DNA of 64,000 nucleotides from an uncultured Candidatus Binatia bacterium (GTDB taxonomy: Bacteria; Desulfobacterota; Binatia; UBA9968; JAJDTQ01): assembly GCA_965215605.1 (NCBI GenBank), contig OZ244070.1, positions 1,472,001 to 1,536,000 on the forward strand, written 5' to 3'. Made by a program: the position numbers and the translations under genes. The first letter of the stretch is position 1; the number at the start of each line of letters is the position of its first letter. Shown here piece by piece: positions 8,991 through 20,001 of this stretch. The notes under the pieces are model-generated. The model worked only from the letters and a program-made list of their open reading frames with translations. It ran no database searches and had not been told where the DNA came from.

Positions 8991-11900
8991 ATGACCTTCT
9001 ACGCCGACCTGCACGTCCACTCCCGGTTCTCCCGCGCCACCAGCCGGAACTGCGACCTGGAGCACCTGGCCATCTGGGCCCGAAAGAAGGGCATCGGCGT
9101 CGTCGGCACCGGCGATTTCACCCATCCGGCGTGGCGCGCGGAGCTGAAGGAAAAGCTCGTCCCCGCGGAGCCCGGGCTGTTCCGGCTGCGCCCGGACCTC
9201 GAGCGGGCCGTGGAGGGACAACTCCCGCCGGCCTGCGCCGGCAGCCTTGCGCCGGTGCGGTTCATGCTGTCGGTGGAGATCTCCACCATCTACAAGAAGG
9301 GCGAGAAGACCCGGAAGATACACCACTTGGTCTACTGTCCGGACTTCGACTCTGCGGACCGGCTGGTGGCCGGCCTGTCGAAGATCGGAAACCTGCACTC
9401 CGACGGACGGCCGATCCTGGGGCTGGACTCCCGGCATCTGCTGGAGATGACGCTGGAGTCGAGCCCGGGCTCGTACCTGGTGCCGGCTCACGTGTGGACC
9501 CCGTGGTTCGCCGCGCTGGGCTCCAAGTCCGGTTTCGACGCCGTGGACCACTGCTACGGGGACCTGTCGCCGCACATCTTCGCGGTGGAGACCGGCCTCT
9601 CGTCCGACCCGCCCATGAACTGGCGGGTGTCATCCCTGGACCGCTTCCGGCTCATGTCCAACTCCGACGCCCACTCGCCCGAGAAGCTGGGCCGCGAGGT
9701 GTGCGTGTTCCACACCGACATGGACTACTTCGCCCTCCGCTGGGCGCTGGAGACGGGGGAGGGGTACGGAGGGACGCTGGAGTTCTTTCCCGAAGAGGGC
9801 AAGTACCACCTGGACGGCCACCGCAACTGCAACGTCCGCCTGGAGCCGGACGAGACCCGCAGGCGGGACGGCCGCTGCCCGGCGTGCGGCAAGCCCCTGA
9901 CCGTCGGCGTCATGCACCGGGTCGAGGACCTGGCCGACCGGGCGCAGGACGCGGCGCCGCCGGACACCGCCGGGGACGCTCAGGCGCTGATCCCGCTGCC
10001 GGAGATCCTGGGGGAGATCCTCCGGGTGGGCCCCAAGAGCAAGCGGGTGGCCCAGGACTACGAAGGGCTGCTGGCCCGGCTCGGACCGGAGCTCCAACTT
10101 CTGAACGCGCTGCCGCTGGAGGATATCGAGCCGGCGGCGTCGTCCCTGGTGGCGGAGGCGTTGGCGCGTCTGCGCCGGCGGGAGGTGATCCGGGAAGCCG
10201 GCTACGACGGCGTCTACGGCACCATCCGCCTGTTCCGGGACGGGGAGCTCGAGGGCAGGAGCCGGGGGGCTTCACTATTCGGAGAGGCAACAGCGACCGT
10301 CGCGGCGGGTCAGTCCCCACCGGCCGGACCGCGCCACGGCTTGGCGAGCGCCCCTCGGGAAGAGTCCGGCCCGGAGCCGGCGCCGCGGGATTCCGTGCCT
10401 GCGCCCCACCCGGCGCGGGAAGAGGAACCATCGGAGCAACTTTCGCTGCCGGTAGCGCTCTCGCGCGATCTCCTGGCCGGGCTGGACGATGACCAGCGCC
10501 GGGCCGCGGAGATCGTGGACGGCCCCTTGCTCATCGTGGCCGGACCCGGCTCGGGGAAGACCCGGACCCTCACCCACCGCCTCGCCCATCTGATCGCGAG
10601 CCGCCACGCCGAGGCGGCGGGGTGTCTGGCCGTGACCTTCACCCGCCGGGCGGCGGACGAGATGCGGGATCGTCTGCGGGCGCTGCTGCCGGACGCTTGG
10701 GCGGACATCCCGCTGCACACCTTCCATTCCCTGGGGCTGGGCATCCTCCGGGAGCACTGGAACGCCGCCGGGCTGCAGCGCGGCTTCCGGGTGGCGCCCG
10801 AAGCCGAGCGGCTCCGGTTGCTGCGGGACGCCCTCAAGATCTCCGAGCGGCAGGCCCGTGCCGGGCTGTCGGCCATCTCCCAGGCCAAACGCACCGGCGC
10901 GCCGCCGGCCGATGAAAAGCTCGGCCGGGCATGGGAGGCCTACCGGCGCGAGATGGAGGCCCGCAACCAATGCGACTTCGACGACCTCGTCATCCGGGCC
11001 GCGGACGCCCTGGAAGCGGACCCCGAGATCCGCGACGCGGTGCGGCGGCGGTATCCCCACGTGTGCATCGACGAGTACCAGGACGTGGACGAGCAGCAGG
11101 TCCGGCTGATCCGGCTGCTGGCGCCTCCCGACGGCAACATCTGCGCCATCGGCGATCCCGACCAGTCCATCTACGGCTTCCGGGGCGCGGACCCGCGCTT
11201 CTTCGCCGGGTTTACGGAGGACTTTCAGGGCGCCCGGGTGGTGCGCCTCGGCCGCAACTACCGTTCCGACGCCAACATCGTCACCCTCTCCTCCCAGGTC
11301 ATGGCCGCGGCGCCCTCGGCGGCGCCGTCCATCCCGGTGCTCGACGACGCCTCCAACCGCGTGACGCTGCACGAGGCCCGGAGCGAGAAGGCCGAGGCGG
11401 AATTCATCGTCCAGTCGCTGGAGGAAGCCCTGGGCGGCCACAGCTTCTTCTCCATCGACAGCGGCCGCACCGCCGCCGGGCAGGGACACGACTTCTCGTT
11501 CTCGGACTTCGCCGTGCTCTACCGCACCGAGGCCCAGGCCGGTCCCGCGGTGGAGGCGCTGCAGCGCTCCGGCATGCCCTTCCAGCAGCGCTCCCACGAC
11601 CCCCTGCTGTCCCATCCCGGGGTGGCCGCGCTGGTGGAAGCCCTGGAACGCTCGCCCGGCTCGGGCGCCTTGCGGCAACGCCTGGAAGCCGCCTGCGGCG
11701 AGGACGCGTCCCCGGCGGAGGAAACGGCCGAGGCCCTGGAGCTCCTGAAACCTCTGGCCGCCGCCTGCGGCGACGACCTCCACCGCTTCCTGTCCGAACT
11801 CTCCCTCGGCACCCAGGTGGACGCTTGGGATCCCCGGGCCGACCGCATCTCGCTGCTGACCCTCCACGCCGCCAAGGGCCTCGAGTTCCCGGTGGTCTTC

Positions 11901-12182
11901 ATCGTCGGCTGCGAGGATGGCCTGCTGCCCCTGAGCTGGGGAGGAGCCGGCCCCGAGGACCCGGACGAGGAACGCCGGCTCTTCTACGTCGGCGTCACCC
12001 GCGCAAGAACGAAGCTCTACCTTTGCCGAGCCCGCAAGCGCCGCTGGCGCGGAAAGGTCCGCGACATGGCGCCCTCCCCCTACCTCGCCGACATCGAAGA
12101 GCGGCTGCTGGAGCAGAGCCGGTCGAGGCGCCCCGGGCGGCGGGACCAGAAGCCGGACAGCCAGTTGGACTTGTTTTCGTAG
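8991..12182 (+). CDS. Endonuclease Q-like PHP domain fused to UvrD/PcrA-type SF1 helicase
   Basis: N-term 'ADLHVHS', 'GTGD', 'AHVWTPWF', 'ETGLSSD', 'SNSDAHS', 'GKYHLDGHRNC..CPACG'; C-term 'AGPGSGKT', 'DEYQD', 'IGDPDQSIYGFRGA', 'RNYRS', 'TLHAAKGLEF', 'EERRLFYVGVTRA'. Confidence 0.88.
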   Translation: MTFYADLHVHSRFSRATSRNCDLEHLAIWARKKGIGVVGTGDFTHPAWRAELKEKLVPAEPGLFRLRPDLERAVEGQLPPACAGSLAPVRFMLSVEISTIYKKGEKTRKIHHLVYCPDFDSADRLVAGLSKIGNLHSDGRPILGLDSRHLLEMTLESSPGSYLVPAHVWTPWFAALGSKSGFDAVDHCYGDLSPHIFAVETGLSSDPPMNWRVSSLDRFRLMSNSDAHSPEKLGREVCVFHTDMDYFALRWALETGEGYGGTLEFFPEEGKYHLDGHRNCNVRLEPDETRRRDGRCPACGKPLTVGVMHRVEDLADRAQDAAPPDTAGDAQALIPLPEILGEILRVGPKSKRVAQDYEGLLARLGPELQLLNALPLEDIEPAASSLVAEALARLRRREVIREAGYDGVYGTIRLFRDGELEGRSRGASLFGEATATVAAGQSPPAGPRHGLASAPREESGPEPAPRDSVPAPHPAREEEPSEQLSLPVALSRDLLAGLDDDQRRAAEIVDGPLLIVAGPGSGKTRTLTHRLAHLIASRHAEAAGCLAVTFTRRAADEMRDRLRALLPDAWADIPLHTFHSLGLGILREHWNAAGLQRGFRVAPEAERLRLLRDALKISERQARAGLSAISQAKRTGAPPADEKLGRAWEAYRREMEARNQCDFDDLVIRAADALEADPEIRDAVRRRYPHVCIDEYQDVDEQQVRLIRLLAPPDGNICAIGDPDQSIYGFRGADPRFFAGFTEDFQGARVVRLGRNYRSDANIVTLSSQVMAAAPSAAPSIPVLDDASNRVTLHEARSEKAEAEFIVQSLEEALGGHSFFSIDSGRTAAGQGHDFSFSDFAVLYRTEAQAGPAVEALQRSGMPFQQRSHDPLLSHPGVAALVEALERSPGSGALRQRLEAACGEDASPAEETAEALELLKPLAAACGDDLHRFLSELSLGTQVDAWDPRADRISLLTLHAAKGLEFPVVFIVGCEDGLLPLSWGGAGPEDPDEERRLFYVGVTRARTKLYLCRARKRRWRGKVRDMAPSPYLADIEERLLEQSRSRRPGRRDQKPDSQLDLFS

Positions 12183-12216
12183 GCACCCAACCACAGGTTC
12201 GCGAGGGGGACTCCGC

Positions 12217-12246
12217 TTGACACTACGTTCCGCCTTGCGTTACGCT
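12217..12246 (+). promoter_or_regulatory. Putative sigma70 promoter of the higBA locus (probably a leaderless transcript)
   Basis: TTGACA-N18-TACGCT, ending 5 nt before the higB ATG at 12252. Confidence 0.5.
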
Positions 12247-12251
12247 TGAAG

Positions 12252-12310
12252 ATGATCAAGAGCTTCGCCGACAAGCGGACCGCGGCTGTGTTCGCACCGA
12301 TTACCACTGA
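12252..12310 (+). pseudogene. higB: HigB (RelE/ParE family) toxin remnant with large internal deletion
   Basis: 'MIKSFADKRTAAVF' (HigB N-terminus) followed at once, out of frame, by acc-gat-tac-cac-tga = 'TDYH*' (HigB C-terminus); directly upstream of higA. Confidence 0.8.
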
Positions 12311-12324
12311 GGGGGGCAGCGAGC

Positions 12325-12717
12325 ATGACCATCAAGCGCGAAGACGTCGATCGGCAAATGGTCGATTTCTCGGATGTGGCTACCGGGCGGCGGTTGCCGC
12401 CAGTCCATCCGGGCGAAGTTCTGCGGGAAGAGTACCTGAAGCCGCTGGCGCTCAGCGTATACCGGCTCGCCCAGGAGCTAAAAATTCCCCGACCTCGGCT
12501 GAACGATATCGTTCTCGGACGGCGCGCCGTCACCATCGATACCGCCCTGCGTCTCGGACGCTATTTCGGCACCACTCCGGAGTTCTGGATCAATCTTCAG
12601 ACCCGGCACGATCTGGATACCGCGGAGGCCACGTTGCGCCTTGAAGTCGAACGGGAGATAACACCGCGTGCCGCGGGCACGGACGCCGTGCCCATCAGCC
12701 ACGCAGGGCCAGTATGA
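12325..12717 (+). CDS. higA: HigA family addiction-module antitoxin (XRE HTH)
   Basis: 'PVHPGEVLREEYLKPL.LSVYRLA..L.IP..RLNDIVLGRRAVT.DTALRLGRYFGTTPEFWINLQ'. Confidence 0.92.
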   Translation: MTIKREDVDRQMVDFSDVATGRRLPPVHPGEVLREEYLKPLALSVYRLAQELKIPRPRLNDIVLGRRAVTIDTALRLGRYFGTTPEFWINLQTRHDLDTAEATLRLEVEREITPRAAGTDAVPISHAGPV

Positions 12718-12824
12718 ACTCCACGTTCATTTCCAGTTCATTTCTGATCCGCTGCCTGTAGCCTGCCGTTTTTCGTTTCCGCTTCAACTCCAGTCGTTTC
12801 GCGTCCGGTGGATCATGATCCCCC

Positions 12825-13445
12825 TCAGGTGAGCGGGATCATGATGTGCTCCCGGTAGGGGGGGCGTTCGCACAAGCGCGCGTACCAGGCCTCCACGTTG
12901 GGCATGGAGGGGCGGTCGATGGCCATGTTGAACCAGCGGTAGGCCCAGATGCCGGCGGGGATGTCGCCGATGCTGAAGGAGTCGCCGGCGAGGTAGCTCT
13001 GGCCTTCGAGGTAGCGCTCGACGATCTGCCACTTGGGCACGGCCGCGGCCACTGCCTTCTCGATGGCGGCGGGGTCGCGCTCGGCCTCGGGGGTGCGGAC
13101 GATGCCGAAGAAGATCGGCACCAGGAACGCGTTCATGGTGGTCAACTGCCAGTCCATCCAGCGGTTGGCGTTGCCCCGCCCCTCGGGAGTGCCGGGCAGG
13201 AGCCGGCCGCCATTGTACTTGTTGACCAAGTAGCGGACGATGCTGTTGGACTCCCACAGGACGAAGCCGCCGTCCTCGATGGTGGGGACCACGCCGTTGG
13301 GGTTCAGGCTCAGGTAGGGCTCCTCCCTGTTGCCGCCGAACTCTCCCGCCAGATCGATCCGCTCGAACGGGATCTCCAGCTCTCCGCAGCACCACAAAAC
13401 CTTCTGCACGTTGGACGAGGTCTTTCTTCCCCAGATTTTCAGCAA
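12825..13445 (-). CDS. Glutathione S-transferase (GstB/YliJ-like)
   Basis: 'LKIWGRKTSSNVQKVLW', 'LNPNGVVPTIEDG..LWESNSIVRYL', 'WMDWQ'; TTG start preceded by GGAGG. Confidence 0.9.
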   Translation of the reverse strand: MLKIWGRKTSSNVQKVLWCCGELEIPFERIDLAGEFGGNREEPYLSLNPNGVVPTIEDGGFVLWESNSIVRYLVNKYNGGRLLPGTPEGRGNANRWMDWQLTTMNAFLVPIFFGIVRTPEAERDPAAIEKAVAAAVPKWQIVERYLEGQSYLAGDSFSIGDIPAGIWAYRWFNMAIDRPSMPNVEAWYARLCERPPYREHIMIPLT

Positions 13446-13558
13446 CTCACACACCTCCATGAGAAAATTTGGATCCAACGGGGCGGCGTAGAGCAGACAA
13501 CCCGCCGGACTCGGACCGAAATCTACTACGAAACAGGCAAAAGGGTCCAGACACCCCC

Positions 13559-13586
13559 TTGACTGTGGCGAAATCGTGCTTAGATT
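13559..13586 (+). promoter_or_regulatory. Putative sigma70-type promoter for groES-groEL
   Basis: TTGACT-N16-TAGATT upstream of the GGGAGG RBS; no CIRCE inverted repeat seen. Confidence 0.35.
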
Positions 13587-13628
13587 CGCGCTCAAATCCT
13601 ATCATTTCACTCTTAAAGGGAGGTTCTT

Positions 13629-13919
13629 ATGGCGGCAAAAGTGAAGCCTTTGCACGACAGGATCATCGTCAAGAGGCTCGAAGAGGAGGAGAAGACGGCC
13701 GGGGGCATCATCATCCCCGACGCGGCGAAGGAAAAGCCGCAGGAGGGCATGGTCGTCGCGGTCGGCTCGGGCAAGCGCGAGGACGGCAAGGTGTTGGCCC
13801 TCGACGTCAAGACCGGCGACAAGGTCCTGTTCGGGAAGTATTCCGGCACCGAGATCGAGCTGGACGGAGAAGAGCATCTCATCATGCGGGAAGACGATAT
13901 CCTGGGAATCGTCGAATAA
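13629..13919 (+). CDS. groES: Co-chaperonin GroES
   Basis: 'KPLHDRIIV', '[18 protein letters not shown]', '[13 protein letters not shown]'. Confidence 0.98.
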   Translation: MAAKVKPLHDRIIVKRLEEEEKTAGGIIIPDAAKEKPQEGMVVAVGSGKREDGKVLALDVKTGDKVLFGKYSGTEIELDGEEHLIMREDDILGIVE

Positions 13920-15551
<1,632 letters not shown>

Positions 15552-15583
15552 GATCGGCGGGGCCCACTCGGAGCCCGCGACAG

Positions 15584-15620
15584 ACAAAAGGGGGAGGACC
15601 TGCGTCCTCCCCCTTTTTGT
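15584..15620. terminator. Bidirectional rho-independent terminator between convergent groEL and aroE
   Basis: acaaaag-ggggaggac-ctgc-gtcctcccc-ctttttgt: GC stem flanked by A and T tracts. Confidence 0.85.
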
Positions 15621-15636
15621 TCGGAAGTCGGTGGCG

Positions 15637-16530
15637 TTACGACTCGTAGCCGAACGCCCGGAGCGATGCGAACATGACCTCCGTGTCCGGCTCGCCGCCG
15701 AACCAGGTGCGGAAGGATGCGGCGCCTTGGTGCACCAGCATGCCGATGCCCTCCACCGTTCGGCACCCCCGCCGCCTTGCCTCTCCGAGCAGCACGGTCT
15801 CCCGGGGCTGGTAGACGATATCGTAGACGGCGTGGCGCGGCTCGAGCAGCGCAGCGTCGATGGGACACCCCTGAACGTCCGGTGCCATGCCGGCGGAGGT
15901 GCAGTTGATGACGAGGTCGGCTCCGCTTCCGAGGACGGCGAACTCGGCCGGCGTGCCGGAGCGGACGGCGGTGCCGGCGGCGCTGTTTGCGGCGATGTCC
16001 CGTGCCAGCCTGCCGGTCTTTTCCGGGTCCCGGCCCAGTATGTTGAGCTCGGGAAGGTGGAAGGCATCCTGTCCGCCGCCCGCGCCGGCGCAACGGCCCC
16101 GTGCCAGCACGAAGGCCAGCGCCCGGGCCGCGCCGCCGGTTCCCAGCACCGTGACCCTTTTGCCGTCCAACTCGATCCCTGCCTGACGAAGGTTCAGCAC
16201 GGCGCCCGTGGCGTCGGTGGTGGTCCCCACCAGCCGGTGGCCTTCCCAGTAGAGCGTGTTGACGCTTCCGGTGAAGCGGGACTCCTCACTCAACCCGTCG
16301 AGATGCTCGATGACCGCCTGCTTGTGCGGGATGGTGACGTTGGCGCCGAGAAAACCCATGCCGCGGAGGCCGGCGATGACCTCGCCCAGAGCCTCGGGCG
16401 GGCACGGCAAGGGAACGTAGCAAGCGTTCAGGCCCGCCGCCTGGATGGCGGCGTTGTGCATCACCGGCGACATGGAATGCTCCACCGGCCATCCCAGAAC
16501 ACCCAGAAGCTTGGTGGTTCCGTCGATCAT
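15637..16530 (-). CDS. aroE: Shikimate dehydrogenase
   Basis: 'GWPVEHSMSPVMHN', 'GANVTIPHK', 'GSVNT', 'GTGGAARA', 'DIVYQP', 'GMLVHQG'. Confidence 0.93.
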   Translation of the reverse strand: MIDGTTKLLGVLGWPVEHSMSPVMHNAAIQAAGLNACYVPLPCPPEALGEVIAGLRGMGFLGANVTIPHKQAVIEHLDGLSEESRFTGSVNTLYWEGHRLVGTTTDATGAVLNLRQAGIELDGKRVTVLGTGGAARALAFVLARGRCAGAGGGQDAFHLPELNILGRDPEKTGRLARDIAANSAAGTAVRSGTPAEFAVLGSGADLVINCTSAGMAPDVQGCPIDAALLEPRHAVYDIVYQPRETVLLGEARRRGCRTVEGIGMLVHQGAASFRTWFGGEPDTEVMFASLRAFGYES

Positions 16531-17342
16531 GATTCCCGCGGGGTGTCGCCGGTCGGCAGCCGGAACAGCGTCCGGGTGTTGCGGCTGGTGGCCTCGGCGA
16601 CTTCTTCAACGCCGATACCACGGGCCTGGGCCAGGGTCTCGGCCACGTAGCGGACGTAGGCGGGCTCGTTGCGCCGCCCGCGCTTGGGCACGGGGGCCAG
16701 GAACGGCGCGTCGGTCTCGATGAGCAGCCGGTCCAGGGGCGCCCAGCGGGCGACGTCCCGCAAGCCTTCGGCGTTCTTGAAGGTGACGATGCCCGAGAAC
16801 GACAGGTAGAAGCCGAGGTCGAGGAACGAGCGGGCGGCCGCCGCGTCGCTCGTGAAGCAATGGATCACCCCCTCCAGCTTTCCGCCGCCGCGGTTTCGAA
16901 TCGTCTCCGCCACCTCCCGGTCCGATTCCCGGTTGTGGACCACGATGGGCAGCCGCGTCTCCACGGCCAGGCCGGCGAAGCGGTCGAACATCTCCCTTTG
17001 GATGTCCCGGGGCGAGTTGTCGTAGTGGAAGTCGAGGCCGGTCTCGCCGATGGCGACGACTTTGGGATGCCCGGCGAGGCCGCGCAGCCGGTCCATGTCT
17101 TCCGGGGCCACGTCCTTGGCATCATGAGGGTGCATGCCCACGGTGGCGTAGAGCCCCGGGTGTTGTTCCGCCAGTCTCACCGCCGCGTCGTTGGTGGAGA
17201 GGTCCCCGGCGCCTCCGACGACGATCAAGGTGTCGACGCCGGCTTCCCTGGCCCGGGCCAGCACCTCGTGGCGGTCCTCGTCGAACTCCTCGGTCTGGAT
17301 GTGGCAGTGGGTGTCGATGAGAGGTGGACGGCCGGTATTCAT
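16527..17342 (-). CDS. tatD: TatD family hydrolase/DNase
   Basis: 'LIDTHCH', 'GMHPH', 'AIGETGLD', 'GVIHCF', 'LLIETDAPFLAP...RNEP'. Start inferred. Confidence 0.92.
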   Translation of the reverse strand: MNTGRPPLIDTHCHIQTEEFDEDRHEVLARAREAGVDTLIVVGGAGDLSTNDAAVRLAEQHPGLYATVGMHPHDAKDVAPEDMDRLRGLAGHPKVVAIGETGLDFHYDNSPRDIQREMFDRFAGLAVETRLPIVVHNRESDREVAETIRNRGGGKLEGVIHCFTSDAAAARSFLDLGFYLSFSGIVTFKNAEGLRDVARWAPLDRLLIETDAPFLAPVPKRGRRNEPAYVRYVAETLAQARGIGVEEVAEATSRNTRTLFRLPTGDTPRES

Positions 17343-17403
17343 GTGACTCATCTCGAAGATGTGGAGGGTTGCGAGTTCGGCGTTTCTTCCGGCAGCACTG
17401 CTT

Positions 17404-17430
17404 CTGGATTCCCGCTTTCGCGGGAATGAC
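17404..17430 (-). repeat. REP-like palindromic repeat (GTCATTCCCGCGAAAGCGGGAATCCAG)
   Basis: ATTCCC-N8-GGGAAT core; near-identical copies at 47397-47423 and 47472-47497. Confidence 0.75.
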
Positions 17431-17443
17431 GGGGAGGCGGGAA

Positions 17444-18985
17444 TCACTCTGCGTCGGTTTCCGTCTCCTCGATCCGTGGGAAGAGGATCTCGGGCGGCTG
17501 GACCTGGTGCCCCTCGGGGAAGGAGCCGCCCCACTCAGCCTTGAGCGTGTCACTGGCGGGAAGTCCCAGGAGCCTTCGCACCGCGGCGCCGGTCTCCGGG
17601 AGAAAAGGCGCCAGCAGTTCGCCGGTAAGCCGTACGCTCTCCAGCACATGGTGCAGGATCTCGCCCACCCGCCCTTTCTGATCCGGGTCCTTCACGAGGG
17701 TGAACGGCGCCGTCTGCACGATGTACTGGTTGGTCTTGTCCAACGCCACGAAAATCGATTCCAGCGCCCGGTGGAAGGCCATCTCCTCCATGTGCCGGTC
17801 CACGTTTTCCGCCGCCGCCATGAAGGCTTCCTTCAACTCCCGGTCCTCGGGCCGGGCGCCGTCGCCCGCGGGCTGCACCATGCCGCCGAAATACCGTTTC
17901 TGCATGGCCAGCACGCGGCTCACGAGGTTGCCGAAATTGTTGGCCAGGTCAGCGTTGACGCGGTTCACGAACGCTTCCATGGAGAAGGTCGCGTCCTGGC
18001 CGAACACCATCTCCCGCAACAGGTAGTAGCGGAACGCGTCCATGCCGTAGCGTTCCTTCATGTCCAGGGGGCGGATGACGTTGCCCAGGCTCTTGGACAT
18101 CTTGCCCTTGTCCATGATCCAGTAGCCGTGGACGTTGAGCCGGTGGTAGAGCGGCAGCCCCGCGGCCATGAGCATGGTGGGCCAGAACACGGCGTGGGGC
18201 TTGAGGATGTCCTTGGCGATGAGGTGGTTGCAGCAGGGCCAGTAGGCGTCGAAGAAATCCGCGCCCTTGTGTTCCAGCGCGCTCACGTAGTTGATGAGCG
18301 CGTCGAACCACACGTAGGTGACGTAGTCCCCGTCGAAGGGCAACGGGATACCCCACTGCAGCCGGCTCTTGGGCCGGGAGATGCACAGGTCTTCCAGCGG
18401 CTCGCGCAGGAGCGAAAGCACCTCCGCGCGATACCGCTGCGGAGTGACGAAATCGGGGTTCTCGTTGAGGTGCTCGATCAGGCGGTCCTGGTACTTGCCC
18501 ATGCGGAAGAAGTAGTTCTTCTCCTCGATGTAGGCGGCCTCGGTCTGGTGGTCCGGGCACTTGCCGTCCTGCAGCTCCTTCTCGGTGTAGAAGCGCTCGC
18601 AGCCGTAGCAGTAGAACCCGCCGTACTCGCCGAAATAGATGTCGCCGGCGTCGTGGATGTGCTGCAGGATCCGGCTCACCGTGGCCTTGTGGTAGTCGTC
18701 GGTGGTGCGGATGAAATGGTCGTAGGCGATGCCGCAGGTGTCCCAGGTGGAGCGGAACAGCCCGCTGATCCGGTCCGCGTAGGCCTTGGGGTCGATGTTG
18801 TCCGCGGCCGCCGTCTGGGCGATCTTGTCGCCGTGCTCGTCGGTGCCGGTGAGAAAATACGCGTCCCTGCCGCGCATGCGGTGGTAGCGCTTCAGCGTGT
18901 CCGCGATGATGGTCGTGTAGGTGTGGCCGAGGTGCGGCTGGGCGTTCACGTAGTAGATCGGGGTGGTGAAGTATATGCGGTCCAT
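17444..18985 (-). CDS. metG: Methionine--tRNA ligase (short form without C-terminal tRNA-binding domain)
   Basis: 'TTPIYYVNAQPHLGH', 'TGTDEHG', 'YVWFDALINY', 'KMSKS', ends 'LFPRIE'. Confidence 0.96.
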   Translation of the reverse strand: MDRIYFTTPIYYVNAQPHLGHTYTTIIADTLKRYHRMRGRDAYFLTGTDEHGDKIAQTAAADNIDPKAYADRISGLFRSTWDTCGIAYDHFIRTTDDYHKATVSRILQHIHDAGDIYFGEYGGFYCYGCERFYTEKELQDGKCPDHQTEAAYIEEKNYFFRMGKYQDRLIEHLNENPDFVTPQRYRAEVLSLLREPLEDLCISRPKSRLQWGIPLPFDGDYVTYVWFDALINYVSALEHKGADFFDAYWPCCNHLIAKDILKPHAVFWPTMLMAAGLPLYHRLNVHGYWIMDKGKMSKSLGNVIRPLDMKERYGMDAFRYYLLREMVFGQDATFSMEAFVNRVNADLANNFGNLVSRVLAMQKRYFGGMVQPAGDGARPEDRELKEAFMAAAENVDRHMEEMAFHRALESIFVALDKTNQYIVQTAPFTLVKDPDQKGRVGEILHHVLESVRLTGELLAPFLPETGAAVRRLLGLPASDTLKAEWGGSFPEGHQVQPPEILFPRIEETETDAE

Positions 18986-19004
18986 GGCGGTCTGACGATC
19001 CTTT

Positions 19005-19988
19005 TCAAGCGAGTAGTCTGGGAATGAAGCCTTCCAGCACCATGCGCCGGTTGAAATTCCGGTGAATGGCCCGGGTGGCGTTGTCGATCTCGACCAGAGC
19101 CTCCGTGGATTGCGTCACCCGCCGTTCCGCGGCGGCGCGCCGGAGCGGCTCCAGCAGGTCCCGGTTGTAGATCGCCGAGGGGGAGCCGGTTACCTGGAGC
19201 ACCATGATATCGCGCAACCATCCCTTGACCCATTCCAGGAATCGCAGCGTCTTCTCCCGGTCGGCGCCCATCTCCTCGGCCAGCGCCGTGATCCCGCGCA
19301 TGTCGCCGGATGCCAGACCAGCCAGCCGGCGGAAGCATACCTGCCTCTCCTCCAGCATCCCTTCATCGTCGCCGGCCAGCGCCCTGCCCAAGCTGCCGTA
19401 GCCCAGGGCGGCCAGCAGCAGTGCCCGTTCCTCGGGGACTTCCTTGCGCCGCGCCACCGCCACCGCCGCCTGCTCCACCGTCAGCGGGGAGAACCGGAGC
19501 CGGAGACAGCGGGACAGCACCGTGGGCAGGACCCCGCCGGTGCTGTCGGCGACGAGGATCAGCAGGGACTCGCCGGGGGGCTCCTCCAGCGTCTTGAGCA
19601 GCGCGTTCTGGGCATGGAGGTTCATGCGCGTCAACGGGTCGACGACGGCGATCTTCTTCTTGCCGCTGAAGCGGTGCAGGGCCAGGTCCCGCTGCAGCCC
19701 CCTCACCTGCTCGATGGCGATGTCCCGCTTGCCCTTGCGCTGTTCCAGCCAGTGCACATCCGGGTGGTTGCGGTCGTCGACACAACGGCAGCTCGCGCAC
19801 TCGCCGCAGCCGTCTCCGGCCCCTTCCGGGCATTGGACCGCCGCTGCCAGCGCGGTGGCCACGGCGCGCTTGCCGGTTCCTTCCGGGCCCACGAAGAGGT
19901 AGGCGTGATGCAGCCGGTCGCGCTGGACGGCCCGCCGCAGCAGCTCGATCTGGCCCTGGTGGCCGACGATGTCCTGAAACCTCGGCAT
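19005..19988 (-). CDS. holB: DNA polymerase III delta' subunit
   Basis: 'HAYLFVGPEGTGK', 'CGECASC', 'HPDVH', 'NALLKTLEEPP', 'LPTVLSRC'; between tmk and metG. Confidence 0.93.
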   Translation of the reverse strand: MPRFQDIVGHQGQIELLRRAVQRDRLHHAYLFVGPEGTGKRAVATALAAAVQCPEGAGDGCGECASCRCVDDRNHPDVHWLEQRKGKRDIAIEQVRGLQRDLALHRFSGKKKIAVVDPLTRMNLHAQNALLKTLEEPPGESLLILVADSTGGVLPTVLSRCLRLRFSPLTVEQAAVAVARRKEVPEERALLLAALGYGSLGRALAGDDEGMLEERQVCFRRLAGLASGDMRGITALAEEMGADREKTLRFLEWVKGWLRDIMVLQVTGSPSAIYNRDLLEPLRRAAAERRVTQSTEALVEIDNATRAIHRNFNRRMVLEGFIPRLLA

Positions 19989-20001
19989 CGTGCTCTTGGC
20001 C

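Noticed and set aside
12246-12644. 132-aa ORF beginning with a HigB-like N-terminus
   Set aside because: Only the first ~16 codons are HigB-like. The rest is out-of-frame read-through over higA caused by the deletion.
13560-13628. CIRCE element upstream of groES
   Set aside because: No TTAGCACTC-N9-GAGTGCTAA or close variant is visible.
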